Part shown: positions 24,841 through 37,953 of the stretch, one piece after another
Layout: each line of letters begins with the position of its first letter
How positions within the stretch are numbered: position 1 is the first letter of the stretch
DNA from: Pristiophorus japonicus
Lineage: Eukaryota
Assembly (NCBI RefSeq): GCF_044704955.1
Contig: NC_091990.1
Location: 84,196,001 to 84,260,000 of the forward strand
Length of the DNA: 64,000 bases
Direction: 5' to 3'
Notes under the pieces: model-generated
The model's database searches: none
What the model was told of the DNA's origin: nothing
What the model saw: only the letters and a program-made list of their open reading frames with translations
Position numbers and translations under genes: made by a program

Positions 24841-25857
24841 CCACTCCCTGCTTTTTCCCCACAACCCTGCAAATTGATAAAATACCACCCAACATCTCAC
24901 AGCTAAAAGGAAATCAGAAAAAAAGACAGAGAGACAGAGGGGGAGACAGAGGGGAAGGGAGAGACAGACAGAGGGAGGGACAGAGAGACAAGCAAAGCGG
25001 CAAGACAATGAGAGAAAGCCAGTCATTTCCTTCTGTTTTTTCTGGCGTTCTGAAATGCTCAGGGAGCACGTGAGGGCTGTAAAGGTTCAGGCCCGGCTAA
25101 CAGCAAAATACCACACCATGTCACAGACTTTACGCTACTCAGGGGCATTGGCACAGAGCAATATATATATTATCAGTAAATTACTTTTCAATGTTAGTGT
25201 CTACGGCACTGCTACATTGGTATTTCAAGCAAGTTGCACTAAAATAGGGTTTTCTCATTGATAGCACTTAATCCTGCCATAATCCTGTCATATTTTCGAC
25301 CACATGACTGCAGTGCCACTCTGCAATTGTCCCATTAACATCTCTTTCCAGTTGCAGGTCTATCCATTGGGTAACATTATGGAGCAGATTTGTTAATCTT
25401 CACCTGGAAAGTTTTGAACTACCATTTTTCTCCTCGGTAACTGAAATTTCGAATGTCCCAAATAAGAGAGTTTAAATGAAATAGAAAATTGGAAGAATTG
25501 CATAATTCAAAATAACATGATTAAATCAATCCAATGAATTGTTTTTTGTACTGGATATTTTTAGCTAACAAGAGTCGAGATAGAGTGTTCAATTGCATCT
25601 GTGCAATTTCCCAATGTGCAGTCTATATACATCAACATATGAGTGTAGTATGCAGTGTCCTTTATTTTGTGAGAATGAGAGTTTATATGCTTGGTCCACA
25701 GGACTTTGAAAGAAACTGGAGAGTGAGTTCTTAAAGCGAACTAATTAAACAATTAATTTTGATCATTTTAAAAGGTATTTTTTGTTTGTTCGTAGAAACT
25801 TGTCTACCAAAGATTGTACAAGACAGTCAACATACTAATAGTTGATGCATAGATTGC

Positions 25858-26016
25858 CTAGACAGCAGTGCGACGTTTCGGTCTGTCGCTGTTGGGGTTG
25901 TCCAAGATGGTCCTGACGTTCCAGGTCCCAAACTTAATTTCGAAGCGTGGAAGATGCCTGTGCGTGAGTTCTTTTAACGTGGGGTGGCCGTTGCACACTG
26001 GCAACCACACAGGCTT
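25858..26016 (-). mobile_element. RTE LINE 5'UTR and endonuclease start (continues at 29284-29340 beyond the CR1)
   Basis: KFGTWNVRTILDNPNSDRPKRRTA is an APE N-terminus; upstream UTR resumes after the CR1 insertion. Confidence 0.8.
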
Positions 26017-29000
26017 ACATAGAAACATAGAAAATAGGTGCAGGAGTAGGCCATTCAGCCTTTCCAGCCTGCACCGCCATTCAATGAGTTCATGGCTGAA
26101 CATGCAACTTCAGTACGCCCTTCCTGCTTTCACGCCATACCCCTTGATCCCCCGAGCAGTAAGGACTTCATCTAACTCCCTTTTGAATATATTTAGTGAA
26201 TTGGCCTCAACTACTTTCTGTGGTAGAGAATTCCACAGGTTCACCACTCTCTGGGTGAAGAAGTTTCTCCTTATCTCGGTCCTAAATGGCTTGCCCCTTA
26301 TCCTTAGACTGTGACCCCTGGTTCTGGACTTCCCCAACATTGGGAACATTCTTCCTGCATCCAACCTGTCCAAACCCGTCAGAATTTTAAACGTTTCTAT
26401 GAGGTCCCCTCTCACTCTTCTGAACTCCAGTGAATACAAGCCCAGTTGATCCAGTCTTTCTTGATAGGTCAGTCCCACCATCCCGGGAATCAGTCTGGTG
26501 AATCTTCGCTGCACTCCCTCAATAGCAAGAATGTCCTTCCTCAAGTTAGGAGACCAAAACTGTACACAATACTCCAGGTGTGGCCTCACCAAGGCCCTGT
26601 ACAACTGTAGCAACACCTCCCTGCCCCTGTACTCAAATCCCCTCGCTATGAAGGCCAACATGCCATTTGCTTTCTTAACCGCCTGCTGTACCTGCATGCC
26701 AACCTTCAATGACTGATGTACCATGACACCCAGGTCTCGTTGCACCTTCCCTTTTCCTAATCTGTCACCATTCAGATAATAGTCTGTCTCTCTGTTTTTA
26801 CCACCAAAGTGGATAACCTCACATTTATCCACATTATACTTCATCTGCCATGCATTTGCCCACTCACCGAACCTATCCAAGTCACTCTGCAGCCTCATAA
26901 CATCCTCCTCGCAGCTCACACTGCCACCCAACTTAGTGTCATCCGCAAATTTGGAAATACTACATTTAATCCCCTTGTCTAAATCATTAATGTACAATGT
27001 AAACAGCTGGGGCCCCAGCACAGAACCTTGCGGTACCCCACTAGTCACTGCCTGCCATTCTGAAAAGTACCCATTTACTCCTACTCTTTGCTTCCTGTCT
27101 GACAACCAGTTCTCAATCCACGTCAGCACACTACCCCCAATCCCATGTGCTTTAACTTTGCACATTAATCTCTTGTGTGGGACCTTGTCGAAAGCCTTCT
27201 GAAAGTCCAAATATACCACATCAACTGGTTCTCCTTTGTCCACTTTACTGGAAACATCCTCAAAAAATTTCAAAAGATTTGTCAAGCATGATCTCCCTTT
27301 CACAAATCCATGCTGACTTGGACCTATCATGTCACCATTTTCCAAATGCGCTGCTATGACATCCTTAATAATTGATTCCATCATTTTACCCACTACTGAG
27401 GTCAGGCTGACCGGTCTATAATTCCCTGCTTTCTCTCTCCCTCCTTTTTTAAAAAGTGGGGTTACATTGGCTACCCTCCACTCGATAGGAACTGATCCAG
27501 AGTCAACGGAATGTTGGAAAATGACTGTCAATGCATCCGCTATTTCCAAGGCCACCTCCTTAAGTACTCTGGGATGCAGTCCATCAGGCCCTGGGGATTT
27601 ATCGGCCTTCAATCCCATCAATTTCCCCAACACAATTTCCCGACTAATAAAGATTTCCCTCAGTTCCTCCTCCTTACTAGACCCTCTGACCCCTTTTATA
27701 TCCGGAAGGTTGTTTGTGTCCTCCTTAGAGAATACCGAACCAAAGTACTTGTTCAATTGGTCTGCCATTTCTTTGTTCCCCGTTATGACTTCCCCTGATT
27801 CTGACTGCAGGGGACCTACGTTTGTCTTTACTAACCTTTTTCTCTTTACATACCTATAGAAACTTTTGCAATCCGCCTTAATGTTCCCTGCAAGCTTCTT
27901 CTCGTACTCCATTTTCCCTGCCCTAATCAAACCCTTTGTCCTCCTCTGCTGAGTTCTAAATTTCTCCCAGTCCCCAGGTTCGCTGCTATTTCTGGCCAAT
28001 TTGTATGCCACTTCCTTGGCTTTAATATTATCCCTGATTTCCCTTGATAGCCACGGTTGAGCCACCTTCCCTTTTTTATTTTTACGCCAGACAGGAATGT
28101 ACAATTGTTGTAATTCATCCATGCGGTCTCTAAATGTCTGCCATTGCCCATCCACAGTCAACCCCTTAAGTATCATTCGCCAATCTATCTTAGCCAATTC
28201 ACGCCTCATACCTTCAAAGTTACCCTTCTTTAAGTTCTGGACCATGGTCTCTGAATTAACTGTTTCATTCTCCATCCTAATGCAGAATTCCACCATATTA
28301 TGGTCACTCTTCCCCAAGGGGCCTCGCACAATGAGATTGTTAATTAATCCTCTCTCATTACACAACACCCAGTCTAAGATGGCCTCCCCCTTAGTTGGTT
28401 CCTCGACATATTGGTCTAGAAAACCATCCCTTATGCACTCCAGGAAATCCTCCTCCACCGTATTGCTTCCAGTTTGGCTAGCCCAATCTATGTGCATATT
28501 AAAGTCACCCATTTATAACTGCTGCACCTTTATTGCATGCACCCCTAATTTCCTGTTTGATGCCCTCCCCAACATCACTACTACTGTTTGGAGGTCTGTA
28601 CACAACTCCCACTAACGTTTTTTGCCCTTTCGTGTTCTGCAGCTCTACCCATATAGATTCCACATCATCCAAGCTAATGTCTTTCCTAACTATTGCATTA
28701 ATCTCCTCTTTAACCAGCAATGCTACCCCACCTCCTTTTCCTTTTATTCTATCCTTCCTGAATGTTGAATACCCCTGGATGTTGAGTTCCCAGCCCTGAT
28801 CATCCTGGAGCCACGTCTCCGTAATCCCAATCACATCATATTTGTTAACATCTATTTGCACAGTTAATTCATCCACCTTATTGCGGATACTCCTTGCATT
28901 AAGACACAAAGCCTTCAGGCTTGCTTTTTTAACACCCTTTGTCCTTTTAGAATTTTGCTGTACAGTGGCCCTTTTTGTTCTTTGCCTTGGGTTTCTCTGC

Positions 29001-29283
29001 CCTCCACTTTTCCTCATCTCCTTTCTGTCTTTTGCTTTTGCCTCATTTTTGTCTCCCTCTGTCTCCCTGCATAGGTTCCCATCCCCCTGCAATATTAGTT
29101 AAACTCCTCCCCAACAGCACTAGCAAACACTCCCCCTAGGACATTGGTTCCCGTCCTGCCCAGATGCAGACCGTCCGGTTTGTACTGGTCCCACCTCCCC
29201 GAGAACCGGTTCCAATGCCCCAGGAATTTGAATCCCTCCCTGCTGCACCACTGCTCAAGCCACGTATTCATCTGCGCTATCCT
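26017..29283 (-). mobile_element. Young CR1 LINE: ORF1 C-terminus plus full-length ORF2 with one frameshift
   Basis: 3' tail catagaaacatagaaa at ~26018; ORF1 esterase-like end (WCSREGFKFLGHW...DGLHL); possible gctt TSD. Confidence 0.96.
26110..29092 (-). pseudogene. CR1 ORF2 (APE endonuclease + reverse transcriptase), ~990 aa, single +1 frameshift near 28512
   Basis: LNARSIRNK, IGITETW, GGGVAL, VYRPP (28505-29092), then MGDFN, SDHN, KFADDTK (26110-28512); GTT ATA AAT GGG TGA where GTT ATA ATG GGT GAC would restore the frame. Confidence 0.93.
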
Positions 29284-29359
29284 GCTTGGCAGAGCAATGT
29301 CTTGGTCCAGTGGCAATAGGGTCCGAGACGACTGGAGACCATAGAAACATAGAAACATA

Positions 29360-30520
29360 TGGTCCCACATAAGAGATTGGTGTGCAAAATCAAAGCACAT
29401 GGTATTGGGGGTAATGTACTGGCGTGGATAGAGAACTGGTTGGCAGACAGGAAGCAGAGAGTCGGGATAAACGGGTCCTTTTCTGATTGGGAGACAGTGA
29501 CTAGTGGAGTGCCGCAGGGCTCAGTGCTGGGACCCCAGCTCTTTACAATATATATTAATGATTTGGATGAAGGAATTGAGTGCAATTTCTCCAAGTTTGC
29601 AGATGACACTAAACTGGGTGGCGGTGTGAGCTGCAAGGAGGATGCTAAGAGGCTGCAGGGTGATTTGGACAGGTAGGTGAGTGGGCAAATGCATGGCAGA
29701 TGAAGTATAATGTGGATAAATGTGAGGTTATCCACTTTGCTGGCAAAAACATGAAGGCAGAATATTATCTGAATGACGGCAGATTAGGAAAAGGGGAGGT
29801 GCAACGAGACCTGGGTGTCATGGTTCATCAGTCATTGAAAGTTGGCATGCAGGTACAGCAGGCGGTGAAGAAGGCAAATGGCATGTTGACCTTCATAGCT
29901 AGGGGATTTGAGTATAGGAGCAGGGAGGTCTTACTGCAATTGTACAGGGCCTTGGTGAGGCATCACCTGGAATATTGTGTTCAGTTTTGGTCTCCTAATC
30001 TGAGGAAGAACGTTCTTGCTATTGAGGGAGTGCAGCGAAGGTTCACCAGACTGATTCCCGGGATGGCTGGACTGACATATGAGAAGAGACTGGATCAACT
30101 GGGCCTTTAGACACTGGAGTTTAGAAGGATGAGAGGGGATCTCATAGAAACGTATAAGATTCTGACGGGACGGGACAGGTTAGATGCGGGTAGAATGTTC
30201 CCGATGTTGGGGAAGTCCAGAACCAGAGGACACAGTCTTAGGAAAAGGGATAGGCCATTTAGGACTGAGATGAGGAGAAACTTCTTCACTCAGAGAGTTC
30301 TTAACCTGTGGAATTCCCTACCGCAGAGAGTTGTTGTTGCCAGGTCATTGGATATATTCAAGAGGGAGTTAGATGTGGCCCTTATGGCTCAAGGGATCAA
30401 GGGGTATGGAGAGAAAGCAGGAAAGGGGTGCTGAGGTGAATGTTCAGCCATGATCTTACTGAATGTCGGTGCAGACTCGAAGGGCCGAATGGCCTACTCC
30501 TGCACCTATTTTCTATGTTT
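29360..30520 (+). mobile_element. CR1 LINE, 5'-truncated, with stops
   Basis: VPHKRL...[13 protein letters not shown]...KFADDTK...LEYCVQFWSP...GIKGYG; ttttctatgttt tail. Confidence 0.95.
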
Positions 30521-30582
30521 GTATTCAGATAATATTCTGCCTTCGTGTTTATGCCCCCAAAGTGGATGACCAGGCTCTACTG

Positions 30583-31430
30583 TATGGGCCTAGTTGCCTA
30601 TACACTAAACATCCATAAGACAAAGGTCCTCCACCAACCTGACCCCGGTCATCAAAATCCACGGCGCAACCTTGGACAAACGTGGACCATTTTCCATACC
30701 TTGGGAGCTTACTATCAGCAAGGGCAGACATCGATGACAAGTTCCAACACCGCCTCCAGTGTGCCAGTACAGCCTTCAGTCACCTGAGGAAGAGTGTTTG
30801 AAGACCAGGACTGGCACCAAGCTTATGGTCTACAGGGCAGTAGTTATACCCACCCTCCTATATGACTCAAAGACGTGGACTATGTACAGCAGACACCTCA
30901 AAACGTGGAGAAGTACCTCCGCAAGATCCTGCAAGTCCACTGGGAGGATAGACGCACCAACATCAGTGTTCTCACTCAGGCCAACATCCCCAGCATTGAA
31001 GCACTAACCACACTCGACCAGCTCTGTTGGGCGGGCCACATCATCTGCATGTCCGACACGAGACTCCCTAAGCAATCGCTCTACTCTGAACTCCTATACG
31101 GCAAGCGAGCCCCCGGTGGGCAGAGGAAACATTTCAACGACACCTTCAAAGCCTCCTTGACAAAGTGTAACATCCCCACCAGCAGCTGGGAATCCCTGGC
31201 CTTAGATCGCCCTAAGTGGAGGAAGAGCATCCAGGAGGGTGCATAAACCAAGCGCAGACAGCGGAAGGAGCGTGCGGAAAACAAGACTCCCCATACACCC
31301 TTTCCTTCAACCACTGTCTATCCCACCTGTGACAGAGACTGTAATTCCCGTATTGTACAGTCACCTGAGAACTCATTTTTAGACTGGAAGCAAGTCTTCC
31401 TTGATTGAGAGACTGCCTATGATGACGATG
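30583..31430 (+). mobile_element. RTE LINE 3' fragment with small deletions
   Basis: LNIHKTKVL, DHFPYLGS, TKLMVYRAVVIPTLLY, RLPKQ.LYSEL..GKR.PGGQRK; tail gcctatgatgacgatg. Confidence 0.9.
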
Positions 31431-31796
31431 AGATTGCCTAGAATCTCACACTCTCCAATATTCCCAGAACTCTGGGATTTCCCCCCCTTCAGTGCCCGTC
31501 GACTATACTGTCAGATCCCCCTACCCTGAGAGTCCGTCCAGGCACTGATACCTCAGTCTCCCTGGTTTCCTACATTACAACAGTGACTGCAATTCAAAAG
31601 TACTTCATTGCCTGCAAAAGGCTTTGGGGCATCCTAAGGTCGTGAAAGTCACTATATAAATGCAAGTCTTTCTTTCCCTGATAATACTACATCACGTAAT
31701 GCTCCTGTTCTTGTTAAAACGTCCCACTCACCGTGAGCAATGCCACAGGAGATTTGCCAGTCAGCGAATAGATTACGAATTGTGCACATCACATGG

Positions 31797-33104
31797 ACAG
31801 AGGAATCTCCCTGCTGTTGGCCACAGGGAAAGTCATCGCAAGAACCCTCCTCAACCGTCTTCTCCCTGTGGCTGAAGAGCTCCTCCCAGAGTCAAAATGT
31901 GGATTCCGTCCACTAAGGGGTACAACGGACATGATCTTCAACACGCGACAACTACAAGAGAAATGCAGGGAACAGCAGCAACCCTTGTACATGGCCTTCT
32001 TTGACCTCAAAAAGACCTTTGACACTGTCAACCATGAGGGACTATGGAGTATCCTCCTCCGTTTCGGTTGCCCTCAAAAGTTTGTCAGCATTCTCCGCCT
32101 GTTCCATGGCGACATGCGGGCTGTGATCCTGACCAACGGATCCATCACAGACCCAATCCACATCTGGACCGGGGTCAAGTAGGGCTGCATCATCGCACCA
32201 ACGCTCTTCTCGATCTTTCTCGCTGCAATGCTCCATCTCACTCTCAACAAGGTCCCAGCTGGAGTGGAACTAAACTATAAAACACCCGCCCCCCACCAGA
32301 CCCAGTCTTCAAAATCCACAGCGCGACCTTGGACAACGTGGATCATTTTCCAAACCTCGGGAGCCTACCATCAGCAAGGGCAGACATCGATGACGAGGTC
32401 CAACACCGCCTCCAGTGTGCCGGCGCGGCCTTCAGTCACCTGAGGAAGAGTGTGTTTGAAGACCAGGACCTCAAATCTGGCACCAAGCTTATGGTCTACA
32501 GGGCAGTAGTGATACCCGTCCTCCTATATGGCTCAGAGACGTGGAACATATACAGCAGACACCTCAAATCGCTGGAGAAGTACCACCAGCGCTGCCTCTG
32601 CAAGATCCTGCAAATCCCGAGAGGATAGACGAACCGTCAGTGTTCTCGCTCAGGCCAACATCCCCAGCATTGAAGCACTGACCACACTTGACCAGCTCTG
32701 TTGGATGGGCCACATCATCCGCATGCCAGACACGAGACTCCCAAAGCAAGCGCTCTACTTGGAACTCCTACACGGCAAGCGAGCCCCAAAGCCTCCTTGA
32801 TAAAGTGCAACATCCCCACCGACACCTGGGAGTCCTTGGCCCAAGACCACCCGAAATGGAGGAAGAACATCCGGGAGGGCGCTAAGCACCTCGAGTCTCA
32901 TCGCCGAGAGCATGCAGAAACCAAGCGCAGGCAGCGGAAGGAGCATGCGGCAAACCAGACTCCCCACCCACCCTTTCCTTCAACCACTGTCTGTCCCACC
33001 TGTGACAGAGACTGTAATACCCATGTTGGACTGTACAGTCACCTGAGAACTCACTTTTAGAGTGGAAGCAAGTCTTCCTCGATTTCGAGGGACTGCCTAT
33101 GATG
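31797..33104 (+). mobile_element. RTE LINE RT fragment with an internal deletion over the catalytic motif
   Basis: RGISLL...LPESKCGFRP.RGTTDMIF...FFDLKKTFDTV...GVK*GCIIAP; jumps at ~32280 to DNVDHFP.LGS; C-terminal CPTC...HLRTH; RTE tail. Confidence 0.92.
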
Positions 33105-33744
33105 TTGACAAATACCTTCTAACTGAAGCCCAACGGGAACGTATGGTGTTGGAAGTGAACCGAATACAACTCAGAAGACTGAGAAAAGGCAGTTCCTGTT
33201 ATTGTAATCGGGCTATGGTGCTATTTATTGTTGAGTAAATGAGTCTTGGTCAGATCCTATCTGGAGTACATGCTCATTTCTGGGCACCGCAGCTCAGGAA
33301 TGATATTTGAACAACATACGAACAATGACGGACAAGTAAAGACCAGCTGGTCCATCGAGCCTGTCCCACACAATTGCAATGCCTTGTGTATCATAATGAG
33401 TAAATGAAAGGTGGCAGTGAATGGTTAGTTAAAGCATGAGCCGCCTTCCGTTCACAGAGTCTGCTCAATGGTCTCTCTGCACGAAGCCTCACAGCTGATT
33501 CCTTCTGCAGGAAGTCTGCTGTCAATCACAGGAAATGACATCATCAGCACCAGCAACTCCACAACAACAACAGCTTGTGGCATTGGGTTATCATTACTAA
33601 ATTAGAAAGGACCCGAGTTCCTGCAAGAAGCTTAACTCGGCGAGCCTTGCAGCTCAGAAGCTGTATGGTTTCGTCCTCTCTGTCCCACAGGAATGCTTTT
33701 GGGTCAAATTAGAGAAAGTTGAAGAAAGACAGGAAATAGATTAA

Positions 33745-34530
33745 ATGGAACAATGGCAAGCAACAAGCAGCAGCTAATTGGGAGTATAAAAGATGGCAGC
33801 CGACTGGCCTTCCCGTTTCCCACACAGCGAGATATGCACGGATCACTAAAGGCTAGTGCACAGGTGCAAAAACCGGACAAAATGCCTAATAGGATGTTGG
33901 CCTTTACCTCAGGAGGGAGGAAGTGATGCTGCAGTTGCGTCGAGTCTTGGTCAGATCCTGTCTGGAGTACATGCTCATTTCTAGGCACCACAGCTCAGGA
34001 ATGCTATTTGAACAACATACGAACAATGACGGACAAGTAAAGACCAGCTGGTCCATCGAGCCTGTCCCACACAATTGCAATGCCTTGTGTATCACAACAT
34101 ATACACTCCACCCCACCCGAAACCATATGACTTGGCCTTGGAGAGGTGCACTGCAGATTCACCAGAATGATACCGGGACTTAAAGGGTTAAATAGCGAAG
34201 AGAGTTTGCATGGACCAGGCTTGTATTTACATGAGTTTAGAAGATTGGAGGTATTTAAAATGATAAAAGGCTTCCACAGGGTAGTTAGAGAGAAACTATT
34301 TTCTCTGGTGGGGGCATCAGGAATGATGGGACACAATCTAAAAATTAGATTCAGCAGTAAAATCGGGAAGCATTTTTTCACACAAAGGAAATCTGGAACC
34401 CACAATCAAACAGCAGCGGATTCTGGGTCAATTAGAGCTTTCAAAATCGAGATCGATGGAGTTTTGTTGGGTAAGGGTATCAGACGATCTGGTGCTAAGG
34501 CGGGTAAATGGGTTGAGGTGCTGATCAGCC
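33745..34530 (+). mobile_element. Old CR1 3' fragment with a nested ~120-bp minus-strand retroelement 3' end at 34010-34130
   Basis: LVRSCLEY, RFTRMIPGLKGL, VFKMIKG, FFTQR, FKIEID; insert starts aacaacatacgaac, a CR1-like microsatellite tail. Confidence 0.75.
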
Positions 34531-35947
34531 ACGATCTCTGTTCCCTCGAAGGTGCACTGCAACACTGATCTGTATACACCCGCACACTTAACCTCCCGTG
34601 CCGTGAGCTGGACAGCGGGAACAGCCCAATGCTCAATGTGCGGGAAACAGTCACGGCATTGAGAGAGTGGCCCGGGAAGCTCACAGAGTCGGTCCGAATT
34701 GGAACGGCATTTGCCGACAGCCCCATACACCCGCCGTGCATTGTCTCCGACAGCCGTTGACCATCGACAACTACAGGAGCCGCAATTCTCTGCCCCCCCC
34801 GCAGCTTCCCCATTCACCCCGCTGATTTCTCCAGTGAGACCACGCGTGCTCCCCTAGGGTCACGGTGCAGTCAGTGGAAGAAACCAGGAAGCGGTGGGCA
34901 GGATGGGGGAAGGGGCTGCTGCAGTGGTTTACTGTTACCAGGGCCCTGGGAGCACCATCGCTGGGCCTGGCGGCTGTGATTCGGGGCCTGAGACACACTC
35001 AGTGTGACTGAGGCCCTCGCTGTGCTCACCCCCGCCATTTTCCAGAGCCGCACCGCACAGACAGGCAGTCTCTGGCCGCACCGTGGGGCATCACACCCAT
35101 AGCAGGAAGTTGGGACCTCAATGTGCACGGCAGGCAGGAAAGTGAAGAGTTATATTTTTATTATCTTATATTTGTAATACATTTATCTTTACGTTAACTT
35201 TAAAAAAAAAATAAATGATCCCAATCTCTAGACAGTGAGTGTCTTAGTGACCCTCTTCATTGTTTAATTTTCATGTTTCCATTCATGCGCCGCAGAGGTG
35301 GGCTGTGGATGTGGAACCCAGGAAGACCATCCTGCACTGGAAATGTTGATGTGAATGATGGGTGTCTGATTAAAGCTGAATAATGCCGAGATGGGAGGAG
35401 GGAGGGAAAGGGAAGCACTTTTTAATCTTAAATTAGGCCACAGTCACACAAGCGCTTTTTCTCCAATGCAAAGTGGTTTTGGCTGCACTTCAATGAAAAA
35501 GTGGTGGTATATCATGAGAGATAACTGAGGCTACTACAGGCATATGGGTTTGTGTTAGCACTGAGTGCACGATAACTCCAGCTTTAGTTTCTCACCATCT
35601 CCCAACAGATGTTGTAAACAAAGTTATTGCTAATGTCTGGTTGTAATACTAAGAAAACTTAACAGAACAAGTCTTTTGGTTTAAGTGTTCTCCTTCTACC
35701 AATAATATCCAGTTTATTTGTTTTTTTGGGATGTGACATTAAATCTGCTCCTGTGGATCAGATGGTTTAATAAAGCAAATCGTGTCTGACTAATCTGATT
35801 GAGGTAGGATGGGAAGTGTGAGATTTTGCCAAGACTGTATATTGATATGAGATTCCTTTTCTCCAAACTTCCAGACCTTGGCATAATGGGTATCTTTGGT
35901 TTAACTGCTAATCAATTTAACCTGATGTTTCCTGTTACAAAGGAACA

Positions 35948-37435
35948 TTGACTCTGGATCAGTTCCTATCGAGTGGAGGGTAACCAATGTAACCCCACTT
36001 TTTAAAAAAGGAGGGAGAGAGAAAACAGGGAATTATAGACCGGTCAGCCTGACCTCAGTAGTGGGTAAAATGATGGAATCAATTATTAAGGATGTCATAG
36101 CAGCGCATTTGGAAAATGGTGACATGATAGGTCCAAGTCAGTATGGATTTGTGAAAGGGAAATCATGCTTGACAAATGTTCTGGAATTTTTTGAGGATGT
36201 TTCCAGGAAAGTGGACAAAGGAGCACCAGTTGATGTGGTATATTTGGACTTTCAGAAGGCTTTCGACAAGGTCCCACACAAGAGATTAATGTGCAAAGTT
36301 AAAGCACATGGGATTGGGGGTAGTGTGCTGACTTGGATTGAGAACTGGTTGTCAGACAGGAAGCAAAGAGTAGGAGTAAATGGGGACTTTTCAGAATGGC
36401 AGGCAGTGACTAGTGGGGTACCGCAAGGTTCTGTGCTGGGGCCCCAGCTGTTTACATTGTACATTAATGATTTAGACGAGGGGATTAAATGTAGTATCTC
36501 CAGATTTGCGGATGACACTAAGTTGGGTGGCAGTGTGAGCTGCGAGGAGGATGCTATGAGGCTGCAGAGTGACTTGGATAGGTTAGGTGAGTGGGCAAAT
36601 GCGTGGCAGATGAAGTATAATGTGGATAAATGTGAGGTTATCCACTTTGGTGGTAAAAACAGAGAGACAGACTATTATCTGAATGGTGACAGATTAGGAA
36701 AAGGGGAGGTGCAACGAGACCTGGGTGTCATGGTACATCAGTCATTGAAGGTTGGCATGCAGGTACAGCAGGCGGTTAAGAAAGCAAATGGCATGTTGGC
36801 CTTCATAGCGAGGGGATTTGAGTACAGGGGCAGGGAGGTGTTGCTACAGTTGTACAGGGCCTTGGTGAGGCCACACCTGGAGTATTGTGTACAGTTTTGG
36901 TCTCCTAACTTGAGGAAGGACATTCTTGCTATTGAGAGAGTGCAGCGAAGATTCACCAGACTGATTCCCGGGATGGTGGGACTGACCTATCAAGAAAGAC
37001 TGGATCAACTGGGCTTGTATTCACTGGAGTTCAGAAGAATGAGAGGGGACCTCATAGAAACATTTAAAATTCTGACGGGTTTAGACAGGTTAGATGCAGG
37101 AAGAATGTTCCCAATGTTGGGGAAGTCCAGAACCAGGGGTCACAGTCTAAGGATAAGGGGTAAGCCATTTAGGACCGAGATGAGCAGAAACTTCTTCACC
37201 CAGAGAGTGGTGAACCTGTGGAATTCTCTGCCACAGAAAGTAATTGAGGCCAATTCACTAAATATATTCAAAAGGGAGTTAGATGAAGTCCTTACTACTC
37301 GGGGGATCAAGGGGTATGGCGAGAAAGCAGGAAGGGGGTACTGAAGTTGCATGTTCAGCCATGAACTCATTGAATGGCGGTGCAGGCTAGAAGGGCTGAA
37401 TGGCCTACTCCTGCACCTATTTTCTATGTTTCTAT
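35948..37435 (+). mobile_element. Young CR1 LINE, 5'-truncated, uninterrupted RT frame
   Basis: 427-aa ORF 36061-37344 nearly identical to the 26110 ORF; tttctatgtttctat tail; gaaca at 35943-35947 and 37436-37440 is a plausible TSD. Confidence 0.96.
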
Positions 37436-37953
37436 GAACAGGAGATGACCTGAACAATCTGAGATAGTTAATGCGACCTTGCTAATAGTTGCTAATGTGT
37501 TAGCTTCAGTGCCTCTATTGTTCTGGTCAATCTGCCATTCACACTTCACATGGGATGAGTCCTGACCCGCCTGTTTTGTCCTACTGCACCATTGTCCCAA
37601 CTAAACTCCAATATTGGCATATCATAATCGGACAATGATCCAAGATGTTATGACTAACTTTGATGGGGCACCTGACAGAGCAAACTCTACCACGAGTCAG
37701 AGCTGTGACCTGTCAGAGATTAAATAAAAGGCACTAATGATGTTTATAAACCAAAAAATGCAACTGCTTTTTAAGAGTTTGTCTGATTGCTTTGTGATTT
37801 GAGACGGTGAGGTGCAATATGGCAATACTTTATGTGTGCTTTCAAGTAGTTGTTGTTGCTGTCGATGTTGTAAAATTTGCCCACAGACAGAAAAAGGTGG
37901 CACTGAAAGGAGTTTGTGGTCCGCTCTGTACAAAAACAATTGGCCATAATCTT

